From the human T2T-CHM13v2.0 reference genome, Homo sapiens, in the NCBI RefSeq assembly GCF_009914755.1, contig NC_060926.1: a stretch of 64,000 nucleotides of DNA; one strand, given 5' to 3'. Made by a program: the position numbers and the translations under genes. Below the pieces are notes generated by a model. The model had not been told where the DNA came from. It saw nothing but the letters and a program-made list of their open reading frames with translations, and did no database searches. Below, piece by piece: positions 54,477 to 64,000 of this stretch; position 1 is the stretch's first letter, and each line of letters starts with the position of its first letter.

Positions 54477-56751
54477 TAATATGGTTTGGCTGTGTTCCCA
54501 TCCAAATCTCATTTTGAATTGTAGCTCCCATAATTCCCATGTGTTGTGGGAGGAACCTGGTGGGAGATAATTGAATCATAGGGGTGGTTTCCCTTACACT
54601 GTTTTTGTTGTAGTGAATAAGTCTCATGAGATCTCATAGTTTTGTAAGCCTTTTGCTTGGCTCTCATTCTCTCGTCTGCCACCATGTAAGATGTGACTTT
54701 CGCCTTCCACCACGATTGTAAGGCCTCCCCAGCCATGTGGAACTGTGAGTCCATTAAACCGCTTTTTCTTTATAAATTACCCAGTCTCAGGTATGTCTTC
54801 ATCAGCAGCATGAAAATGGACTAATACAGTAAATTGGTACCAGTAGAGTGGGGCACTGCTGTAAAGATACTCAAAAAGTGAAAGCAACTTTGGAACTGGG
54901 TAACAAGCAGAGGTTGGAACAATTTGGAGAGCTCAGAAGAAGACAGGAAAAGGTGGGAAAGTTTGGAACTTTCTAGAGACTTGTTAAATGGCTTTGACCA
55001 AAATGCTGATAGTGATATGAACAATGAAATCCAGGCTGAGGTGGTCTCAAATAGAGATGAGGAACTTGTTCGGAACTGCAGTAAAGGTGACTCTTGCTAT
55101 GTTTTAGCAAAGAGACTGGTGGCACTTTGCCCCTGCCCTAGAGATTTGTGGAATTTGGAAATTGAGGGAGATGAGGTAGGGTATTTAACAGAAGAAATGC
55201 CTAAGCAGCAAAGCAGTCAAGAAGTGACTTGGGTACTGTTAAAAGCATTCAGTTTTAAAAGGGAAACAGAGCATAAAAGTTTGGAATATTTGCAGCCTGA
55301 GGATGTGATAGAAAGGAAAAGCACATTTTCTGAGAAGAAACTCAAGCCGGCTACAGAAATTTGCATAAGTAATGAGGAGCCAAATGATAATCACCAAGAC
55401 AATGGGGGAAATGCCTCCACAGTATGTCAGAGACCTTTGTGGCAGCCCCTCCCATCACAAGCCTGGAGGTCTAGGAGGAAAAATGTTTTTGTGGGCCAGG
55501 CCCAAGGCTCCCGTGCTGTGTACAGCCTAGGGATTTCGTGCCCTGTATCCCAGCCAGTCCAGCCATGGCTAAAAGGGGCCAAGGTACAGCTCAGGCCATG
55601 GCTTCAGAGGGTGCAAGCCCCAAGCCTTGGCAGCTTCCAGGTGGTGTTGAGCCTACAAGTGCACAGAAATCAAGAATTGAGGTTTGGGAACCTTCACCTA
55701 GATTTCAGAGGATGTATGGAAATATCTGGATGTCCAAACAGAAGCTTGCTGCTGGGGTGGGGCCCTCATGGAGAACCTCTGCTTGGGCAGTATGGAAGGG
55801 AAATGTGGGGTTGAAGCCTCCACACAGAGTCCCCACTTGGATACTACCTAGTGGAGCTGTGAGAAGAGGGCCACCATCCTCCAGACCCCAGAATAGCAGA
55901 TCTACAAACAGCTTGCACCGTGCACGTGGATAGGTACCACAGACTCTCAATGCCAGTGCATGAAAGCAGCTGGGAGGGAGGCTATAACCTGCAGAGCCAC
56001 AGGGGCAGAGCTGCCAAAGACCATGGGAACCTACCTTTTGCATCAATATGACCTGTATGTGAGACATGGAGTCAAAGGAGATCATTTTGGAGCTTTAAGA
56101 TTTGACTGTCCCACTGGATTTCGAACTTGATAGGGCCTGTAGCCCTTTTGTTTTGGCCAATTTCTCCCATTTGGAACAGTTATATTTACCCAATGCCCAT
56201 ACCCCCATCATATCTAGAAAGTAACTAGCTTGCCTTTTATTTTACAGACTCATAGGCAGAAGGGACTTGCCTTGTCTCAGATGAGACTTTGGACTGTGGA
56301 CTTTTGAGTTAATGCTGAAATGAGTTAATACTTTGGGGGACTGTTGAGAAGGCATGATTGATTTTGAAAAGTGAGACCACGAGGTTTGGGAGGGGGCCAG
56401 GAGCGGAATGATATGTGTGTCTCCACCCAAATCTCATTTTGAATTGTAGCTCCCATAATTCCCACATGTTGTGGGGAGGACCACTGGGAGATAATTGAAT
56501 CATGGGAGCTGATTTCCCCATACTGTCTTCATGGTAGTGAATAAGTCTCAAGAGATCTGATGGTTTTATAAGCCTTTCACTTGGCTCTCATTCTCTCTTG
56601 TCTGCCACCATATAAGATGTGACTTGATTTCCACCATGATTGTGAGGCCTCCCTAACCATGTGGAACTGTGAGTCCATTAAACCTCTTTTCCTTCATAAA
56701 TTACCCAGCCTCGGTATGTCTTTATCAGCAGCATGAAAATGAACTAACACA
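54477..56751 (+). mobile_element. Full-length THE1 (THE1C-like) MaLR: LTR 54477-54828, internal 54829-56408, LTR 56409-56751
   Basis: Two similar LTRs; internal region starts gtaaattggtacc; TSD atgtc/atctc. Confidence 0.95.
54924..55933 (+). pseudogene. MaLR internal ORF remnant (open 54924-55814; canonical frame appears to shift near 55480 and continue in 55538-55933)
   Basis: WESLELSRDLLNGFDQNADSDM..CPCPRDLWN..; ASEGASPKPWQLP..RIEVWEP, typical THE1-int translation. Confidence 0.8.
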
Positions 56752-58499
56752 ATCTCTTTGGATTTTCAGAAGTGTAAAATAGATTGAATACAGAAGCAGA
56801 AAAATATGAAAAGGAAGCAATTAAGACGATTCCAGAATCAGTGGAAAACAAGAAAATTCAAATTCAGGAAGCAAAACACATTGCAAACTCTTACTAAAAA
56901 GAAATTCAGGCTTCTGCTTCTAAACAAGATTGAGTAATGAGGACCATCTAAATTAGCCAGAAAGCAGACAAAATATATTGTTTTCAAGCCATTAGCCATC
57001 AGGCAACAAGAGACAGTATCCTTATGAGAAACAAACAGAATAAACTGTATAGTTGCCCCAGATTAGCAACTTTGAGAGAAATTTTAAACCACAGTGAAGG
57101 TAATGGGATGCCAGATGAAAAGAATAAAGAGAGCAGGGGGGTGGGAAAACTCAAAGAAATAATAAATAAAAGCCTTCCAAATTTGGCAAGAGACATACAC
57201 CTAGAGACTCAGGATGAATGGATCTCAAATAGGGTAAACCCAAAGAAATCCACATCAAGACATATTGTAGTGAAGATTCTGAAAACTAAAGACGAGGAAA
57301 AAATCTTGAAAGCAGTGAGAGAAAAATTCTTACCTATAGAGAAAAAACATTTACAGTGACAATGGATTTGTCATCAGAAACCATAGAGGGCAGAAAGATG
57401 TGGCACAGCTTTTTTCAAGTACTACAAGAAAAGATCTGTCAAATTTGAAATCCATATTCAGTGAAAATATTCTTCAGAAATGAAGGTAAAACTAAGACAA
57501 TAACAGATAAAGAAAAACTAAAAGAATGTGTCACCAAAATACCTTCTTTAAAACAATAGCTAAAGGAAATTCTCCAAACAGAAAGAAAATAATAAAATGA
57601 AACTTGAAACATCAGGAAAAAACAAAAAGCACAGTAAGCAAAAATGCAGGTAAATATCATAGCCTTTCTTCATCCTCTTGAGTTTTATAAATTCTGTTTA
57701 AAAGTTGAAGCAATAATTATATCATCTGATATGGTTCTAAGTGTATACAGTGGAATATATAAAATTATTATAAATGGGAGAGAGTAAAGGGACATAAATG
57801 AGGTGAGAGTTCTATACTTCTCTCAAACTGATAAAATAATGACATATCAGTAGATTTTTATAAGCTATGCATAGATAATGATATCAAAAGGAACTATTAA
57901 AAATAGCTATTTAAACAAATACACTTAAAAATATAGATATAGATGAATCAAAATAAAATTCTAAAAAAAAAGTGCTCAAGTAACCGATAGGAAGACAAAA
58001 GAAAGAAAACAGAAACAAAAAACAGAAGAAAAAACAAGAAAGCAAAAAATCAAGACTTAAATCCTAACATGTCAATAATTACATTAAATGTAAATGATCT
58101 AAATGCTGGTCTATAAGAAAAGCACTTCAAATGTAAAAGCTCAAATGGATTAAAAGTAAAAAGGTAGTAAAAAAAAAAAAAATACCATAATAATACTAAC
58201 CAAATGAACACTGGAGTCATGATAGGAATATCAGAAAATGTAGATTTTAAAGCAAAAATTATTAAAAGAAATAAAAAGGGCATAGCCTAAAGATAAAGAG
58301 TTTAAGTTCATTAAGAAGATATAAAAATCCCAAATGTTTATGCACATAAAAATCGAGTTTCCAAACACATAAAGCAAAAATAATACATAGAAGAGATTTC
58401 ATGTATTCTACAAGATTTTCATGTATTGTTCACGTATTTTCTTCTATAAGGAGAAGCAAACAAGTTCACATTATAGTCATATAATCTAATATTTGTGGG

Positions 58500-58841
58500 T
58501 TTTTTAATATACTTTAAGCTCTAGAGTACATGTGCACAATGTGCAGGTTTGTTACATAGGTAAACATGTGCCATATTGGTTTGCTGCACCCATCAACTCA
58601 TCATTTACATTAGGTATATCTCCTAATACTATCCCTCCCCCAGGCTCCCACCCACCTACAGGCCCCGGTGTGTAATGTTCCCCGCCCTGTGTCCATGTGT
58701 TGCATTGTTCAACTCCCACCTATGAGTGAGAACATGTTGTATTTGGTTTTCTGTTCTTGTGACAGTTTGCTAAAAATAATGGTTTCCAGCTTCATCCATG
58801 TCCCTGCAAAGGACATGAACTCATTCTTTTTTGTGGCTGCA
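58500..58841 (-). mobile_element. L1PA7-like 3' end
   Basis: tactttaagctctagagtacatgtgcac...cttcatccatgtccctgcaaaggacatgaac. Confidence 0.9.
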
Positions 58842-58919
58842 GTAAAAAGGTATTGAATACTGATGTGTACTACAACATGTATAAATCTTAACACCATTTT
58901 GGTAAAAAAAAATTTTTTT

Positions 58920-59190
58920 AAAGGATACAAATGTATACTTGGAAGAAATAAATTCTAGTGTTCTATAACGCTGTAGGATGACTATAATCAACAATAATGT
59001 ATTGCATAGTTTCAAAGAGCTAGAAGAAGGATATTAAATATACCCAATACAAAGAAAGGATCAATGTTTGACATAATGGATATGCTAATTACCCTGATGT
59101 AGAGTACACACTCTATGCATCACAACATCACTATGTATCCAATAAATATGTACATTGTGTCAATTTAGGAATGTTTAAATTTTTTAAAAA
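58920..59190 (+). mobile_element. L1MA 3' end
   Basis: aaggatacaaa...aaataaattctagtgttctata...ggatatgctaattaccctgat. Confidence 0.8.
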
Positions 59191-59469
59191 ACTTTTTTAA
59201 AATTATAAAAAGCCAGACACAAGAGATCACATATTGTATGATTCCGATTATATGAAATGCAGAAAAGGCAAATCTAGAGAGTCATGAAGTAGATTAGTGG
59301 TTTCCAGGGGCTGGGGTTAGGAAAGGGGATTAACTGTAAATGGACATAAGGATCTTACTGGGGTAATGAAAATGTGAAACTGTTCTAAAACTCAATTGTG
59401 ATGATAATTGCATCACCTGGTATGTTTACTAAAAACCTTTGAATTATATACTTAAAAATCAATGAATTT

Positions 59470-59737
59470 GCCAGGCACAGTGGCTCACGCCTGTAATCCC
59501 AGCACTTTGGGAGGCCGAGGCGGGCGGATCGACACGAGGTCAGGAGATCGACAGGACGGTGAGACCCCGTCTCTATCAAAAATACAAAAAATTATATGGG
59601 CGCGGTGTTGGGCGCCTGTAGTCCCAGCTACTCGGGAGGCTGAGGCAGAATGGCGTGAACCCCGGGAGGCGGAGCTTGGAATGAGTCAAGATCACGCCAC
59701 TGCACTCCAGCCTGGGGGACACAGCGAGACTCCGTCT

Positions 59738-59770
<33 letters not shown>
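59470..59770 (+). mobile_element. AluY with an altered left arm, ~A32 tail
   Basis: gaatggcgtgaacc; TSD caatgaattt. Confidence 0.9.
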
Positions 59771-59771
<1 letters not shown>

Positions 59772-59829
59772 AATGAATTTTGTATTATGTAAATTATACC
59801 TCAATAAAGTTGTTAAAAAGCAAAGAAGA

Positions 59830-60130
<301 letters not shown>

Positions 60131-60699
60131 TTACATTTTTTCCAATGGATTTCAAATATGCAGTATGTTCTATTGATATATCAATAACTTTTACATAATC
60201 ACAATATTATCAATTCCCATTTGATAATCTTCTGAATCTTAGTAAAAGTGATGGAATAGCTGCCAGATAATGGGAGAAAAATGAGGATGAGAAGTGGAGG
60301 GAAGTTTATGATTACTGACATTCTCAGCTCATATTATGGAAAATTAAATGATACTGTTTAAAGTTGAAAAATCAAGATATAGAGACTTGAAGTTGAAAAA
60401 TCCAGATAAAGAAGTTTAATAGATTAGAATCATTATCAATAGATATAAAAGTGTAAGTATAATTGATTAGAATCATTACAATGGAATATCAAAAAATAAT
60501 TCAACTTAAAAATTAGGAGGAGAGGACCACAAATTTCTGGTCTTTCAGGGTATAGAGACATCATATAAAGTTTAATGTTGATAGATCAAGGTATCAAAAT
60601 TTGAGCTCCATGGATATGGATTGGATCACCAGATTAAATAAAAATGAAAATAATTGAAGAGGTAAAACTCTTTCTTTCTGTGCACTTTTCTAGATATCT

Positions 60700-62520
60700 T
60701 TATTTATATAATTGAGGCCATCTGCATGTGTATTTCATGGTTTAACTCATTTAATATGATATCAATGGCAACATTTTATATTTTTTTCTAAATATAAAAT
60801 ACATATTATTGTAGAGAATTTGAACCAGTATCAAAAAATGCAACGTAAAAAAATGAAAGTCACTCATAACCCCTGAGAGGAAATAACAACTACAAATTAG
60901 ATTATGATGTAGAGGCATATAAAAGTATATACTCCTTTATCCTTTTAAAATTGTATTATGCACAGCTTCCCATTCCCTTAACTTCTCTTCAAAATTGTAC
61001 ATCTAATGGCTGCATAGTATACCATCATTTGGTTGTATCATGATTTAGCCAATCCCTGTTTTTTTTTCCAATTTTCCTTTGTTATAAAGAATTCTCTAAT
61101 GAATAGTTTTGCATCTCAGTGCTTTTACACATCTCTATTTCTTAAAACAAATTTGCATAGAAAACATATTGGGTCAAGGGTTATAAATCTAATGTAAGAT
61201 CTTTAATATTTACTCCAATTTATTTCCTAATCTGCAATGTCTGAACATTCACGTTTCAGAGGATGCTAACTAATAATGGATATTAAATTTTTTCTTTCAA
61301 ATTACTTACCAGTTTGATAAGCCAAAAGGTCTTTAAATTTATTACTAATGAGAATTAATGTATTTTTTGAATTTTTGTACCACTTTAAAAAAAATACCTG
61401 CTGCAATTTTTAATCTTTTTTTCTTTTCTAGGGATCACAATATTTATTATTAATTTGTAAAGATTATTTTATATTAATTACTTATATTAATTTTTGGCCT
61501 ATCATGTATGATGCAAATACCTTTTTTCTCATCATTTGTAATTCAATTTTTATTGAATTTTTTATGTTACACCTAACTTTTTATGTAGTTAAATTTGTTG
61601 AATTCGTCTCTTTGTTTCTGCTGTTGCTCTTTTGCTTTAGAGGTTTTTCCTAAAGTCAATATCCAACACGTATTGACCCAAATTTTATTCTAATTTACAT
61701 GCAGCTTTATTTTGTTTACTTAATGCTCTAGTTTACATGAAATTTACCTGTGTTTAAATAAAAAACACACATCTAGCTATTTTTTTCCAAAGATTAAATG
61801 ATGGTCCAGAACCATTTACTAAAATTTTTCTGCTGCCTTCATTGGTTTGAATTGTGGCCCTTATCAAACAGTATTTTTTTATATATAAGTACTGTATTTG
61901 TCCCTGAAGCACCTCTACTATTTCATTGCCCCATCAGTCTATTTTTATGTAAGTCCTACAGTTTTAGTAATAAGGTTTTGATGCATTTTAAATTACATTT
62001 AATAGATACTATTTTGAAGTGCTTTTTCCAGGCATACATTATCTGTTAATCTCACATTAATATTACATTCATTTTATAGATGAGGAATAGTGAACTCAAG
62101 GAGATTAACCTCCTGTCTAGTACAAGACAGAGTCAGGATTTAAAACTAGACATGTCTAATTCCAAAGCCTGTACTCTTAAATACTTTGTCTTTTACTTAT
62201 TCCTTTATATCTTGTCATCAGTCCTAAGTATTTTATATTGTATGGCTATTATGCTTTCTTATTTTTCCATTCTGCCTTCTAATCATTGCTGTTTATAAGA
62301 AAACTAGTGGTATTTTTATATTATTTTCTATCCAATTAACTTATTGAATTTAATTTTTAGTTAACTATCTTGGAGTTTTAGTTAGGTAATCCTGCTGTCA
62401 GCTGTGAAAAATGATCTTTTGCTTTCTCTTTTGGGAAGTCTTTTTAAATGTATGTACATTTGACGGGGGTATATAATTAATTTCTCAACCATTCTACTAA
62501 CTGTGAATATTTAGATTGTT
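60700..62520 (-). mobile_element. Highly decayed L1ME fragments with a MIR at ~62045-62180
   Basis: taatggctgcatagtatacc; ccagaaccatttactaaa; cattttatagatgaggaa. Confidence 0.65.
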
Positions 62521-63229
62521 TTCAGTTGGAATGAAAAATCACCCATTTCTCTGTTCCTCTGATTGTCATGTCCTTGAGGGCTATTATTAAGAGGGCAACG
62601 TTAATGCATATCCCCATGTTTGTGTCACAGAACACTACACTGTGCATTACGGAAAATGGGTTTTAAATGAACATTTCTTGGCTTTAGAAAATTGCCACTT
62701 TCATTGAAGATCCAAGGAATACTTTTTCCTTTCTGATTATAAACAGTCTGCCTTAAAAGAAGCATAAATTTAGGCACACTGAACATGCTAAAGTGAACAG
62801 TCCAAAATAGCGAGTAGGGTCACTGTACCACACAGCTCATCTTCACTGATATAGCATGAGCTACATTATGGCATTTGTATGGCTGTGACTGACACAGTAT
62901 TTACAATGTTATAATCTGTGCACATGAGCAGATTACAATCTAAACTCACACTTCTCAACTTCTGTGATTTGTATCAACTGAGAACTCAGGAAGTGTGATG
63001 TTAAAAAGCTACAGTTTTCCAAAATGTTATACAGGAAGCATGTACTTTCTTTTTTCTACTTAGGTACATGTCATAAAAACCAATTCACATTTAGGAAAAT
63101 TTTAGTATATTCTATCCTCTTATTGTGTTTCTGGAACAGTTTATGGAATATTATAAAACTTTCTTTCATCTCTAAAACACTAGTTTTCATAATACTTCTA
63201 TTGTTTCACAGATCATTAATTCAGGAAAT

Positions 63230-63400
63230 ATTTATTCATTCAATAGCAGAAATTGTTGAGTGCCTACCATATGCCAATCATTGACCTATGTAGCAAAACC
63301 TGATTGATCAGCAGTAAAGAAGACTATAAAAGCTTTGCCTTTATAGGGCTTATATTCTAGTGATGAAAACAGAAAATAAATAGAGCAAAGTCTGCACTGG
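63230..63400 (-). mobile_element. L2 3' end
   Basis: ttattcattcaatagcagaaattgttgagtgcctaccatatgcca. Confidence 0.7.
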
Positions 63401-63415
63401 AGAAAGAAAAAGGAA

Positions 63416-63979
63416 TGTGGAAGATTATATTTTCCAAACATGGATAATATATTTATATATACCATTACACATGTTCTTAAAATGTCACATTCCCCTCCTC
63501 CCTTGAAGCTGGGTTAACTTTTGTAATTCCCTCAACTAAGAGAATGCAGCAGAAGTGATACTCACTGACTTTCCAAGACTAGATCATAAATGGTGGTATG
63601 GCTTCTACATGGCTAACTCTCTCCCTCAGGACATTTGCCTTTGGAGCCTTGAGCCACCACGGAAGAATTCTGATTACCCTAAAGCCACCATGCTGGAGAG
63701 TCCCTACAGAGAAAAATGACTAAGGAGACCCACGTGTTCTAGTCCCTAGCTTCTTTAGTCTTCCCAGACCAGGTGCCAAACATGTAAGTGAAGGCTAAGA
63801 GATGATCCCAGCCATAGCCGCTGCATGAATGCAATATCATAAAACACCCAGAGCCAGAACCAGTTAGTTGAACCATTTTCAAATTCCTGACCTCACAGAA
63901 ACTGTGAGAAATAATAGTTATTGCTGTTTTAAGCAACTAAGCTTTGGTGTAACTGCTTACATAGCCATACCAACTGGAA
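63416..63979 (+). mobile_element. MLT1H-like MaLR solo LTR
   Basis: agaatgcagcagaagtgatac; aattcctgacctcacagaaactgtgaga...ttgctgttttaagcaactaag. Confidence 0.85.
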
Positions 63980-64000
63980 GAAGCAGAGTAAAGGAATATT

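Larger units (their letters stand above)
56910..59820 (+). mobile_element. L1MB-like element (5'/ORF1, start of ORF2, 3' UTR) with nested L1PA, L1MA and AluY
   Basis: ORF1-like NRVNPKKSTSRHIVVKILKTKDEEKILKAVREK; 3' end tatgtaaattatacctcaataaagttgtt. Confidence 0.8.

Overview
Primate (human/great-ape-like) non-coding genomic DNA, AT-rich and roughly 60% interspersed repeats: L1 of many ages, HAL1, L2, MIR, Alu, MaLR/ERVL LTRs including a full-length THE1, and DNA-transposon MITEs. I found no recognisable protein-coding gene. The long ORFs are TE remnants or chance frames. Long L1/LTR elements are mostly on the + strand and the best splice signals are on the - strand, so the window may be intronic to a large - strand gene, which I cannot name. 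I cannot support a wholly new biological system. The best-supported observations are: (1) a young L1PA2-like insertion with a ~600-bp, apparently serial, 3' transduction bounded by a TSD; (2) a 548-bp non-tandem duplication joined by microhomology; (3) a 72-bp inverted templated insertion; (4) a pair of palindromic RFX X-boxes; (5) a ~5.4-kb apparently TE-free block with candidate - strand exons; (6) a tailless 5S rRNA fragment; (7) a twin-primed L1; (8) a THE1 provirus with a near-intact internal ORF and DUX4/PRDM9-like motifs. Subfamily names and most boundaries come from recalled consensus sequences by eye and are approximate.
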